From Eledone cirrhosa (lineage: Eukaryota): a DNA stretch of 64,000 nucleotides. Both the position numbers and the translations under genes were made by a program. Shown here in pieces: positions 12,252 through 25,269 of the stretch; position 1 is the stretch's first letter; each line of letters begins with the position of its first letter. The notes beneath the pieces were generated by a model, which had not been told where the DNA came from, made no database searches, and worked only from the letters and a program-made list of their open reading frames with translations. The stretch is taken from positions 238,824,001 to 238,888,000 of the forward strand of contig OZ024740.1 in the NCBI GenBank assembly GCA_964016885.1, read 5' to 3'.

Positions 12252-12618
12252 GTAAGTATACCTAATGAAATTTACCTAATAAAATCTAACAACCCCTACT
12301 AGACTGAAGATGTCAGAAGAAATATATGCTGTGAAACTAGTTAGTGAGGATGTCTTCTTTAAATAGTGTTGCAGTGGAAATACAAAATCTAGTCTTTATT
12401 CTACAACACCTGACTATTGTGAAAGGAATGTAGGGAGAGATTTAACAGATGTTAAGGACTGGAAATGTGGGTGGTATAATGAATAAATAGGCAGATTTAG
12501 TCCTCATGATTTGACAGAGCTAATAATAACAACAGCAGAAATAGCAACATCAACAAAAAGTATGAAAAACAAAAATGGAATAGTTTGCCAAAATACTTCA
12601 AAGACATTTATATATTTA

Positions 12619-13219
12619 CTAGACCACCCGTGACCCGTTGGGCCACGTTCGCTTCAAAATATTTTTAAAAAATCATGTTCACTTAAAAATAATTTTTAAA
12701 TAATTAAAATATACACAGACATATATATAATGTGAAATGAAACTGGAAGGCCCATATATATACGTGTGTATATGTATATATATAAATGTGTGTGTATACA
12801 TATATATATATATGTATGTGTGTGTGTGTGTGTATATATACGTGGGTGTCTGTGATCTATATACACTCGTCATAGACACACACACACATATATACACACA
12901 CATATATATACACACCACCAGCTCTCTTCCATTCTCCTTCTCTGTCTCCTCTGCCTCTCTCTATGTCTCTCTTTCAATCTACTCTATCACAACTACTATC
13001 TCTTCCTCTCTCTTTGTTTATGAAGGTACCCGGTAAAACCCCATATCTCGGGAACCCCTGCTCCGATTTATGAGAAAATTGTTTTATTCCATTTGTATTC
13101 CCATTTCAGGGTCAACTTCCTTTCAAAGTATTTTCCCATTATGCGCCCTTTTGGTTGCATTACATTACAGACAAGCAAGCAAGCAAGCAAGCAATCACAG
13201 ACTTTTAGTATTAGATAGA
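12619..13219 (-). mobile_element. Non-autonomous Helitron-like element
   Basis: Minus strand begins A|TCTATCTAATACTAAAA and ends with the hairpin CGTGGCCC-AAC-GGGTCACG followed by CTAG|T. Confidence 0.6.
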
Positions 13220-13410
13220 TATGTTTCTTTATTAGCCACAGGGAAATTAAAAAAATTACTAAATCAATAATCTTTTTAAAAATTAAATAATAAATTTGTA
13301 GATACTACTGCTACATACATTTTGATAAATTATATTCTATATTATTATTTAAATCTGTTTATTTGTCTATCTCTCTTTGTTTGTCTGTCTGTCTATCTAT
13401 TTATCTATCT

Positions 13411-14524
13411 CAAGAGGAAACAGCAATCAGCGGAGACTCCACTTCGACATTCTATAGGGGATTAGTGGGGGATAAGTGCGATGACGTTCTCGGGGAAACT
13501 CTAGTAGGCAGCAAGGAGGACGAACTGACCAGTCTGTTCGGGAGGACTCTCTGTCCAGGGCCTATGGATAACTTCCAGAGGTCTCTGGCCTGGCAGTGCT
13601 ACCGAGGAGCTCTACCAGTTCGAGACAAAATCTACAGGCACAGACGCCCTAGCAGAGATCCTACCAAAAGGACCTTTCCAAGATGCGAGCAGGACATCGA
13701 AACCGTTCTGCACGCAATTGTTCAGTGCCCAGAGGTGACCGACCTGTGGAAATAATGTCGAACAGCTACTGTCACGTGTGGGACGCATCCAGTTGTCAGC
13801 CGAGTCCATTGTGAGGATCAACCTGCCGCCTTCTTTTAAGAATGAAGGAGAGGCGGTTTTCCTCTGTCTGGTGGCTATGGTGAAAGAGGTAATATGGTGG
13901 ACGAGGTTAAAAGGACTGAGGGCAAACACCTTTCTCTCTGGACAACAACTCATCCCCTTCTTTCAGTACCACTTCAGAAGGAAGGTGAGAGTGGAGAAAG
14001 CGGTGTTACACCCCAGTAAATTCGCTGAAAGGTGGGTGAATGTGGCGAAAATGGGCCGAGTGAATGGGCCTTCTCTGTATATAAAGCTGTAGGTTGAGGA
14101 AGATAAACAGAGGGAAGACGGGAATACCTACAAAATGTGTTCCTAGTGTTGAGGGTTGTTCTATCCACGGGGTGTAAAACAACCCTGCAGTAATGTTCCC
14201 CCTATTGGGATTTCAATTGTTATTTTATTATATATAGTTTATTGTTATTTATTAATGTTAAAGTTATATGATTTTTATGTAAAACTTCTGCCATCACGTC
14301 TTGTAATGTCCCATTTTTGTACGCCCCTGTGGCAAATAAAGAAAGATATCTATGTCATTATGCCTGTCTGTCTGTCTGTCTATCTATCAATTGTTATTTG
14401 TTATTTTATTAATAGTTTTATTTTCATATACCTGTATGTAAACTCCCCATTTGTATTTGTCCCCTTCTTTTGTGCCCTTGTGGCTAATAAAGAAATTTAT
14501 GTATCTATCTATATGTCAGTATGC

Positions 14525-14555
<31 letters not shown>

Positions 14556-14632
14556 TCTACCTTTTTATTGTATGTAAACTTCCCCCTTGTATTTGTCCCC
14601 TTCTTTTGTGCCCCTATGGCTAATAAAGAAAC
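13411..14632 (+). mobile_element. Tx1/L1-clade LINE 3' fragment (zf-RVT) plus two extra related 3' ends
   Basis: LAWQCYRGALPV...PRCEQDIETVLHAIVQCP with an in-frame stop; repeated ...GTGGCTAATAAAGAAA ends within (CTAT)n. Confidence 0.8.
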
Positions 14633-14635
14633 ATA

Positions 14636-14905
14636 TCTATTTATCTATCTACCTATCTACCTACCTACCTCCCTACCTACCTACCTACCTTCCTACCTAC
14701 CTACGTACTTACCTTCCTTCCTACCTACCTACCTACCTACCTACCTACCTACCTACCTACCTACCTACCTACTTACCTACCTACCCTACCTATCTATCTA
14801 CCTTCCTACCTTCCTACCTACCTACCTATCTACTTACCTTCCTACCTTCCTACCTACCTACCTACCTACTTACCTTCCTTCCTTCCTACCTACCTACCTA
14901 CCTAC
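14636..14905. repeat. (CTAC)n/(CTAT)n microsatellite
   Basis: Tetranucleotide repeat; explains the LPTY ORFs. Confidence 0.95.
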
Positions 14906-16729
14906 TACTACAGCCAACACTAACTATTGAAACTCTGACAACTTTGGTGCTGAGTGTCATCATACTTATTTTTATCTGAGTTAACAAATATGTCATACAC
15001 TACAGAAATACACCAACATGCTGAACCTTTGTACCACAGCAAATTTAGACAAAGATTTCAATTTAGAAGCTCCCATGTCTAAAGATGCATGAGGCAGCCA
15101 AAGTGATCCAATGACCACTCATTTGCATCTATCAATACCTCATTCCAACTTTTATTGATGGGTTTCAGGTTTCTGTTGATTGTCTGCAATACAGGATCTG
15201 ATTAGCATATCTCTCACTTGGGAGTCATGTGACGTGTTCCCACCTGACAAGTCAACACTTGCACATGATGTTAGACACATGTCGGTGGGTTTGTTGAGAA
15301 ACTTCTTTGTTGGTGTTAAAGTCATCCCACCCGATGCCAAGGATTTTGTGTAGGTGTTTGGTGTCAAAAGCATCTAATTAGTTCTCTCGGCTGGTCTTCA
15401 CACTCCATGTTTTGCACCTATACAGGAGAATTGAAAGCACGTTACTGTTGTGAAATTAAACCAAAGATAATTTTGCTACATATCTATCTGATTGTCTATA
15501 TACTTGTTTGTTTGTTTGTCTGTCCACATACCCACCCATTTGCCTGTGTTTCTATGTATTAAAAGTATACTCAAAATATTGAAGAAGTAGTTACAGCATA
15601 ATAAAATTCAAAGCTTGCATGGTTCAAAGCCATGTTTGGGTCACCATTTATAGAATAAATAAAAATGAACATAAGAAAAGAGACCATATTATATTGAGCG
15701 CCATGTATCCCAAAACGTGGTGTAAACATTACAAATTATGAGTGAGAAACTCACAATGTATTACTGCTTCTACATGTAGGGCAGTGCTGGTGCTGCACAC
15801 ATGGATATTCTAAATGGCATCCAGAGAAAAGCCACTCAATTGGTCCATAAACATACTATCACCTTCCTCAGCCTCTTCTACCACTACTACAATTATCAAG
15901 ATCCTAGAAGTTGACTGGTATCATACCGCCTCCACTCAGGCGCTCCCAACTCAATGTTCATATTGTGAGTTCCTGGCTCCCCAGTTCTACACTAACCACT
16001 ATTCCCAGTCCCTTCTGCAAAGAATGTCATCTTTCTGCATCTCCCTCCCATCTATGTCTTTCCAACATGCTGCACTTGCAATAGTGTAAGACTAACACCA
16101 ATGATATCAAGCCTTATTCTTGGTTAGGAACTTCTTTTGTAGTTGTGTCATTTGGAAGAGAGCATCTGTAGTACTTCTTCTAGGCACAAAACCAGACTGC
16201 ATCTCATTTAATTTTATTCTTTTCCTAATTAGCTGAGCTAGAACTCTTTACGTCACCTTCATAACTTATTAAATTAGTTTTATTCATCTATAATTGCTCC
16301 TTTCTAGAGCATCACTTTTTTCCCTTGTAGTAATTTATGATTGTACTACTGTGCCAGTCATTGGTTAGGAAGGGCATCCAACAGTAGAAACCAAGTTAGA
16401 AACAGTTCTGTATGAGCAAGACATGGTCATCTGATCTGATTAGTCTCACAACAGGACAGCTCGTCTTAATTGATGTTAAATGGTGATGATGAAGATAATG
16501 ATGATGATGGTATATACATACATATATATATATATATAGAAAAAATGAAATTTCATTTCTCACTCTTAGTACGGCTGATACTTAAATATAAGTATGTATA
16601 CGTACATACATATATGTATACAGACGTACAGTAGTATGTATATACATACATGCACACATATATATATATGTACGTATGGGTTTACCGAACATTTATTATA
16701 ATGCTCGGTTTGTTTGTAAACAAACAGCC

Positions 16730-17439
16730 CAGCGATTTGCGTTGGATGAAGCACATCTCTAAAATTATCAAGAGGGCCGAGTGTGTCTTAGCATCACTCA
16801 GCAAGACCTTTGTCAGCCGCTCTCCAGCTATCTATTTAAGGCTGTACATGGATATGGTGCGGCCACACTTAGAATTTGCATCACCAGTCTGGAACCCCTA
16901 TCTTGCTCAGAACATTGACCACCTGGAAATTGTTCAGAGACGTGCAACCAAGCGAATACCCTCCATCAGGCATCTACCATACTCTGAGCACCTTGCTTCC
17001 CTGGGCATGGATACATTGAAGCTCCGACGCCTGGCAACTGATTTGGTAAACACCCACAAAATTGTTAACCCTCTTGCAGGCAACGGCCCTGAGTACCTTT
17101 TTGATTTCCATGTGTCTGGCACACGTGGGCATGCCCACAGGGTCGGAGAACAGCACAGTTCCCATGACTTTCGGAAATATTTTTTCACACTCGGAGTTGC
17201 TGAAGCATGGAACAAACTACCTGCATCAGTTGTTAGCTGTCGAGACACTGCATCCTTTGGGACCTCCATGCTTCCCGAGATTCGCCAACACTACGCCTAA
17301 TGTTCCCCTCCATACACATACACACATGTATATCATGACTCATGTACTGTTCACTTCCCTGACATTTGTATATTATTCTATGTACTATACATGCACCTTT
17401 GACGAGTTGTAGTGCACCTGAGCACTTTACACAATGATT

Positions 17440-17471
<32 letters not shown>
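16730..17471 (+). mobile_element. 5'-truncated CR1-group LINE
   Basis: VRPHLEFASPVWNPY...LEIVQRRATK...AWNKLP and an (ATT)n tail; highly similar to 59097-59811; possible AGCC TSD. Confidence 0.92.
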
Positions 17472-17472
<1 letters not shown>

Positions 17473-18180
17473 GCCGTACAGTGTTCGGCAACCATCGTTG
17501 CCATTTTGTTCAACACTGACAAATTAGCTGTCATCAGCACCGTATACCTTCCTGTCAGTTGATTGAACGTTTGAAAGTATATTCTTTCCTTATGTATATT
17601 AACGGCTGAGCAGCCTAATTTGCATATCGAGTGAGTTAGTCGGCCGGGCGTACTGAAAACGATAAATGGAAAAAATGAAATTTCATTTCTCACTCTTAGC
17701 ACGGCTGATACTTAAATATAAGTATGTATATGTACATACATATATGTATACAGACGTACAGTAGTATGTATATACATACATACATGCACACATATATATA
17801 TGTACGTATGGGTTTTTAGGAGAGATGGTCACCATTTTAGAAGGCTGCGTTGTTTTATGATTTAGAGGGGAGTTCATTTCCCTAGCTTGGCTGCTAGAAC
17901 ATCTCTTCTATTTGTTGTTAGGTGTAGGTAAGCAATTAAGCAAGAAGAACATACCTCAAGATTATATGTACATGAGCATTTTAATCAGAGCAATAAACAA
18001 AACAGGTTATCATATCAGTTGCTCCTTGATTGGTAATTCGTAATTAACATTTTGTGGCGGTGTTCAATTATCCCGTGACCGCACTTTGTTATTGTTTGGT
18101 GAAGAAAACAAATATTACTTATTCCTTTCATAAAACAGTGGGTTATGCACTAGAAGTTGATAAAGCATGTACTAATAGAC

Positions 18181-18346
18181 CAGCTTTTCTTAACCTTGTT
18201 ATCCTTGTGGAATCCTTGACATAGTTTTCATATCTCAGGGAATCCCTGCATAAGATCATTATATACCATTATTAATAACTATCTTTTTTTGTGTTTCTCA
18301 TGGAATCCCTAGTGACCTCTTGTGGAAGACTGGTTGAGAGATGCTG
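18181..18346. mobile_element. hAT (Charlie-type) MITE
   Basis: TIRs CAGCTTTTCTTAACC / GGTTGAGAGATGCTG; 8-bp TSD TAATAGAC/TATTAGAC. Confidence 0.65.
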
Positions 18347-18407
18347 TATTAGACTATGAGCAGATTGACTAAACTTCATTTTAAGAGGGTGATTCTGCTC
18401 AATTTAA

Positions 18408-18819
18408 CCCTTTAGATTTATACCAGCTGTTTTCAGCTTTCTGTTCAAACTGGCTGAAACAGGCCGCTCATACCTATATCAAGGTATTGTTCTCAAAATA
18501 AATAACTTCAAAATTATGTGCGATAATTATGTAAGATAAAGCCTTTACTGTGAAAATACAATAGTAAATATAGAATAATAATCATCATCATCATCATCAT
18601 CATTTTATGTCTGCTTTTCCCTGCTTGCAAGGGTGGGATGGGTCCTCTTCAGCACGGCATCTCTCCATTTGTCACGGTCCTTTATCATCTATGTGAGCTT
18701 CAGCGATCTGAGGTCAGCTCTCACCACCTCCATCCATGTTTTTTGTGGTCTTCCTCTACTGCATCTTCCTTCCACTTGGGAAGGAAGACACAGTAGAGAA
18801 TAATGTAAATGCTAAAGGG
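18408..18819. mobile_element. TTAA-flanked piggyBac-type MITE interrupted by an RTE 3' fragment
   Basis: TTAA|CCCTTTAG...CTAAAGGG|TTAA; an uninterrupted relative lies at 27257-27457. Confidence 0.65.
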
Positions 18820-18895
18820 TTAAAAGAAATTATTATTTCTGTATAATTCATTTACAAATCATAATTTTATTTTCTTCCATCTGTTACTGAAACAG

Positions 18896-18997
18896 GACAT
18901 ACTTGTGCCCGTCTTTGAAAATGGAAAGTTACTGAAAGATTACACATTTGAGGAGATTCGTAAGAGAGCTGAGATTGACTTGCTGAAGAATAAATGA
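18896..18997 (+). CDS. NAMPT: NAMPT last coding exon with stop
   Basis: aacag|GAC...TGA. DILVPVFENGKLLKDYTFEEIRKRAEIDLLKNK*, equivalent to the NAMPT C-terminus DLLHTVFKNGK...SFDEIRKNA. Confidence 0.93.
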   Translation, partial: DILVPVFENGKLLKDYTFEEIRKRAEIDLLKNK

Positions 18998-19174
18998 AAC
19001 TTTCATGAAGATCAAAGACAGAATTTATAATAATACAGCTTCTTTCAGATCTCCACGATCTCCACAGCATAGACGGTTTGTTGTTTCTGCACTTGAGTGA
19101 GAGTTATATGGTATCATTTCTGCTACTGTAATGAGTATTACCAGACTATACAGTAGCATTTCTATAATCTCAGT

Positions 19175-19206
<32 letters not shown>

Positions 19207-20029
19207 CATTTACTTCTTTGTATTGTTGTCATTCCACTGTTGTTGAAGTAGGATATAGCATTATACATACATTCTTATCGGCTAAAATATGTTATTATTT
19301 TCATGCATTCATAAAATCCCATTTATGTGTGTGTGAAGGTATTTTTTGTGATCATTTAGATCAATTTCTGGTTGATGTATTTTGGGGTTTATTTCTATCA
19401 CTAATCTTTATATTTCAAAATATGATTATTTAAACATTACACAAACTAAAATATTTTAATATTAGCTGAGATAATCGATGTTGTGCTGTTGTCTTACAAT
19501 TTTTATATTTTCACACTAAAATTATGAATATTCTACATTGTAAAAAAAAAATGTTGAGGGTTAGTCATTGATATGTGATACTTTATGTAAAGTATGGTTA
19601 ATTATTTAACTAAAAACTATATAATCCTTCCAATTAATGAGAGAGCATCTTCATGGTCCTTTGATCTGCTAGGAATAGAAGTTAAATCTCTCACAAATCA
19701 CATTCTACCACCTTAAAAAGGAAGGACGCACTGGATAATGTAGTCCTAGATACACTGTCTAAATAAAAAATGGAATGGTCACAGCAGGAATACCCTTGAT
19801 CCTAAGTCTGCTCAATTCAGATAACAGCAGAGTAATTTTCCACTGTTTGGGATGAAGATATATCCGAAATATTTAGAATGAATAATTTTTGTCTTTCAAG
19901 GTTACAGGAAAAAATTAACTCTAATGTACATTTTATCAGCATGTCAGTAGAAATCTGCCACTATTTAAATGAATCTATCAAAAATTATAAATCTCTGTGC
20001 AGGAGGTGCTTAAACGATATACACTACAG

Positions 20030-20193
20030 CAGTCATGGGCAAACTGCAGCCTGCGAGCCACATGCGGCCCATTTGGCTTTCTGAAAAGCATGTCTAATTT
20101 CAAAATTGCTTTGAATCTTTTAATAATATAGTCCGCTTTATGATGAGCCACATCCTTTGCAGTCCATTGCTAAAAAAAGGTTGCCCATGCCTG
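20030..20193. mobile_element. hAT (Charlie-type) MITE
   Basis: TIRs CAGTCATGGGCAA / TTGCCCATGCCTG; perfect 8-bp TSD CACTACAG. Confidence 0.8.
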
Positions 20194-21939
20194 CACTACA
20201 GTATTTAGGTTTGTACCCCCAGTTTCAAGGTCAAATGTTTCCAGGGAAGTTGATGTTGAGACTAGGTCAATATTGACTTTCATTATCACAGGATCAAATT
20301 AAATAAGTGGTGCTGAACATTTTAAATTTTTAGCGTTATGCCTAGTCAACAGTAAATACTTATTTTAAATCTCTGTGATGGTGAATATTAGTTCTCTGTG
20401 AACTAAGTTGTTTTCTAGTTGGAACCATATCCTTTATGTCACTAGTATGACAGCTTTTGTTTCTCTGACCAATGTAATACTCCACATGTGTACAAAATCC
20501 CTATTTTTAGATGCCTAGGTGATGGAGAAGATCAGGACAGTAGAGACTTTGCCATTAATTTTGCTATGGTAATATATTAGACTTGATTCGAATGATTATA
20601 TCCCTCCATTGAAAAACTTGATATAGTGAGCAGGCTATCTAATTATTAGGTAGAGATGACATATTAACTGTTTCTTTTGATAAACAAACATTCCGCAATG
20701 CAAACCAGCATTGGTCACTTTGAATTCTTATTAATTCTGTGATAAAGCTCGTGGTAAAATTAAAATCAACAAGATATACTTAGTAAAGAAATCATTATTT
20801 TGCTTGAAATTTAAATGAAAGAATGAAATTAGTTTTCTATCAATATTATCCATACCTACATAGAATTTAAGCAGGGTGTATATGTGTAGTGGTAAGATGC
20901 TGAAACATATATGCCTTTTCCAAATGATGTAGACAATATTAGTGAAATGAAATATCTCCAATTCGGAATTGAAATCTATTTCCACAGATGGCTTACCCCA
21001 AAATCTCCACTACACATAATTCACATCTACTACACATAATTTACCAATATATTCAACTAAGGTTAATTGAATTTATAAAAAACATTTTAAGAATTAAATT
21101 ATGTATTAGTAATTCAGTTTCTTTGTATGTGTGTATGTATGTGTGTATGTATGCGTGCACATGTGGATGGGATTATGTGTTTCTAGATACCAGGATTGAA
21201 GAATGACGAGAGTCAGTTAGTGTGAGAGAGGCCCTGCTAACCTGCTAACGTTTTTTCTCTCTTTTTTTAAAGAGGGTGGTTAGCTATAACATATGATTAT
21301 ATGTGTTCAGATATAACATATGATTATATGTATTTAGCTGTATCATATGAACAATAAAAAATCCTGCCTTAATGCATTCCTATGTGTTCTTCTGAAGAAT
21401 TCCTCTCCTTTATTTTGTCATTTAAATTCATTAACAATCAGTTTTATGAACAATTATTCAATGTCATAAACTATTCAGAGGATAGCTTTCATGTCACCAG
21501 GCAATATTGTTTCTATTTCAACTGCTGTCAATTATTTGATCCATTTTTATTGTATTTACTATATTTTTCTCTTTGTTTTCTTTATATATTTATAGTTCAT
21601 CATAGTCATGATTTCATTTCTTTGTTATAACAACCAAGCAACAAGAACATAACAACTGTTGAACCAATTGTCACCAGTGTCTAGGTGTTATACTAATAAT
21701 GATAATAATAATGATGAAAATTATTGTGTACAGTGCTCAGGTGCAATACAACTCATCAAAGGTGCATGTGTAGTACATAGAATAATGTACAAATGCCAGA
21801 AAAGTGAACAGTGTATGAGTCATGATATACACACAGACACATGCTTTAACTCATGTAATTTACAAAGTACCATGTCTCAAATGTTTTCCTATGTACAACT
21901 CTGCATCAAGTCCTCATATCTCTACCATAATAACATAAT

Positions 21940-22125
21940 TGTTTCTACTTTTGGCACAAGGCCAGCAATTACCCAGCGTTTTACTGGTACTTTATTTTAT
22001 CGACCCCATAAGGATGAAAGGCAAAGTTAACCTCGGCGGGATTTGAACTCAGAATGGCAAGGACCGTAACTCTATGCTATAAAGCATGTCGTCCGACCCT
22101 CTACCGACACTGCCAATCCACCGCC
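21940..22125 (-). mobile_element. tRNA-derived SINE (same family as 11753) with 18-bp TSD
   Basis: TSD CTACCATAATAACATAAT at 21922-21939 and 22126-22143. Confidence 0.85.
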
Positions 22126-23634
22126 CTACCATAATAACATAATATGACTTAATACTATATCTAACAATGTGTAGCACTGTGGCATTGAAACCCATAGAAA
22201 AGCATCTATTATGCTACTTATATCATCTTTATCTCTCCTCTTCTCAATATTTTCTCCAAGGGAAATGCCTTTTTTCAATGATTTATTAGTAAGTGATTAT
22301 AACTTAAGAAGTGGAGGGGAACTATATTACTAGAAGTATTTTCTAAATTTAATGTACTAAGATAAATGGAATGAATAAATATTTGTGCTGTGTCTCACTT
22401 GTCAGCCAAATGATATATGCATCTACTAATATAATACCCTTGTATATTTGTCTGTCACACACTAGAGATGACTGAGAAAGGAAGGGGTGATTAAGTTGAC
22501 TGAGTAAGGAAGGGGTGATGACGTCGTCTGAGGAAGGAGGGGTAATGACAAACTTCAGAAAGCGTCTAATATTTGCTACACCTGTGTGTATATGTATAGC
22601 GAATTGGCTACACACATTGGCTGTTATGATTATATAAGTGTTTGTGTGTGTATATATGTGTGTTTGTGTAAACTATATTTATATATAATATTTGTGTGAG
22701 TGTATATGTGTTTGTGTGTGTTTATTTAGAAATCACACAGACAGTAGAATTACAAACACACGTGCACATCTACACACACATATATATAAACAGGCACACT
22801 TAGAAAAAAATAATTATTACATACACACACATCTATGTGATGACTGAGAAGGGGGGGGGGGTGCGAAACTATAGAAGTCCAACATTCTAAGATCGTCACA
22901 GCTGTGTGTTTGTATCACTTGTGTGAGTGAGCGCGAAGGAACCAACCAACCAACCAACAAACAAACATCTCTTTTTTATATTATGTAGAGATATGACAAT
23001 TAGCTGTCATTTTTGACGACATGGGGCCAGCTAGTTAAGTAATATTAATTTATACATTTGATGATTTTAACGGCCCACCTTACTATCCTAAAATCACAAG
23101 TAAATTCATTATTGTTGAAATGGTGGAATAGTGGAATTTAAACTTAGTTAATCAATTTTATATAAGCTATTGAACCTATTCACGCTGGTGTGTATAATAA
23201 TAATAATAAAAAAAAAAAAAAAATGTGTCCTTTAAGCAATGTAAAATATCACTTAAAGCTCATTGAAAATAACCTTCTTATTATTCAATTAGTGGCTCTA
23301 CCTGGAGTGACTCCTTGATCTCTAAGCTACACACCCTATTGAGTAATGTTATTCCAAAGACCCTTTGGAGGAACCAGCTTAATATATCAAATAAACTAAA
23401 AGATTTACCTTTCTCCAATCAATTACTCTGTCTTTCTTCCTTGTCTGCAATGTAAACCTCTCCATCTTGCTAAATCTTCTCCATGAGTTTTAAGTATTAT
23501 TCTTCATATTCATATATCTTTTAATATTGTATTTAGTATCCAATCATTTATTATTTTTTTTATTTTTTACTTATTCTTATATGTTGGTAGATAATGGATG
23601 TTTTAGTTATTTTCTTTTACTTTTATGGGTGCCA

Positions 23635-23745
23635 TCTCCTGATGAAGTGCTTTAGTAATAGTGTAGTCTAAGAAGGCTATGTAACATTTACATATGAACT
23701 CATATGACTGAAAAACAAAATGAAGTACGGAAACAATTGTCAAGA
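23635..23745 (+). ncRNA. Hammerhead ribozyme motif with long stem II insertion
   Basis: TCTC-CTGATGA-AGTGCTTT...GAAGTACG-GAAA-CAATTG-TC-AAGA; one stem I mismatch next to the core. Confidence 0.5.
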
Positions 23746-23870
23746 ATTATGCAACTGAATAAAAAGTAATTTTATCATCCATTGTCATTGTGATATATAT
23801 ATATATATATGCAAAAGGTAAACAAGTCAAATGACAGTATAATGAAGAAATATAGTTTTACGCTTGGTCA

Positions 23871-23919
<49 letters not shown>

Positions 23920-24672
23920 CAAAGGTAGAACTATATATACAATGCTCAAAGGGAAGTCATTTTCCTGACATTTGTACATTATTCTATGTACTATACATGC
24001 ACCTTTGATGAGTTGTAGTGCACCTGAGCACTGTACACAATAATTTCATTATTATTATTATATGATAGTATGTTATTTCTTCTGGTCGAGTCTTCATCAT
24101 TACAGCATAGCGCCAGTCATCTCAATCCTTTATCATCTCAGTTGTGAGGCTTAGTTTCTTAAGGTCATTCTTCCATACCTCATCCCATGTCTTCCTGGGT
24201 TTGCCTTTTCCTCAGGTTCCATCCATTTCTTTATGCAGCTCCATAAACATCACATGTCCAAAACAGTGCAATTCCTCTTATGCCAAGTTTTCCTCTCAAT
24301 TCACTCATGCTACATCATTCATGCCATAGTGGCTGAAGGAATCTACTGCATGTGAGTTCTTAGTGCTAATTTCTCCTGTGCATCAGCCACATATAAAGTC
24401 TATCTTTTCTGTAAATCTGCCTGCAGTCCCACTACATTTCTTGTGTTCATGGGTTGCACTGTGTGGACCTTATAGAATTTCTGCCCACCCCTTTCTGACA
24501 TATTAAAACAAGGTTATTTCCCTGATGGTATCACCCTCCTGTTCTCTTTCCTACTTATTATGCGTGTACACACACACACATATATAAGTTTATCCCAGGT
24601 TCAATCAGGGGTAACCACAATAAGTAAGGTACTCAATACATAGCACAGTATAAATATTTAATATAGAAATGT

Positions 24673-24719
24673 CTTCTACAGGACTAGAACTGTTTCATTC
24701 AGGAGAAATCATCAGGAAG
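24673..24719 (-). ncRNA. Type I hammerhead ribozyme motif in a fold-back insert
   Basis: Minus strand CTTC-CTGATGA-TTTCTCCTGAAT-GAAA-CAG(TTCTAGTC)CTG-TA-GAAG. Confidence 0.7.
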
Positions 24720-25238
24720 CTGACTGTCCAAGTAATATGGTGGTATTTATAACTTCTGTGGTATACCCTATCCTACCACCAGAAAAGGTATGAATACCAC
24801 CATATTACTTGGACAGATGGCTTCCTAATGATTTCTCCCGAATGAAACAGTTCTAGTCCTGTAGAAGACATTTCTATATTAAATATATATATATATATGC
24901 ATACATGTATATGTATATGTACATGTATGTATATATATATATATATTTAATATAGAAATGGCTTCTACCATACATATATATGTATGTATATATTATACAT
25001 ATATGTATATGTATATACATATAGGTATAATATATACATACATATATATGTATGTTAGGATGGCATCCAGCCATAGAAACCAAGCCAAATCAGTTCTGTG
25101 TGAGTGTGTGAGAAAAACATGGTCCTGCAGCCTGGTTGTCTCATAATAGGACAGCACATCCTACCCATGCTAGCATGGAAAATGGATGTTAAACGATGAT
25201 GATGATATATATATTTATATGTGTGTGTGTGTGTGTGT

Positions 25239-25269
<31 letters not shown>

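Noticed and set aside
12295-12349. Hammerhead-like CTGAAGA...GAAACTAGTT (also 26668-26698 and 31647-31683)
   Set aside because: Stem I or the core is broken; at best decayed remnants, not called.
22330-23036. Second Helitron-like element
   Set aside because: Termini are suggestive but the subterminal hairpin is not convincing and the orientation is ambiguous.
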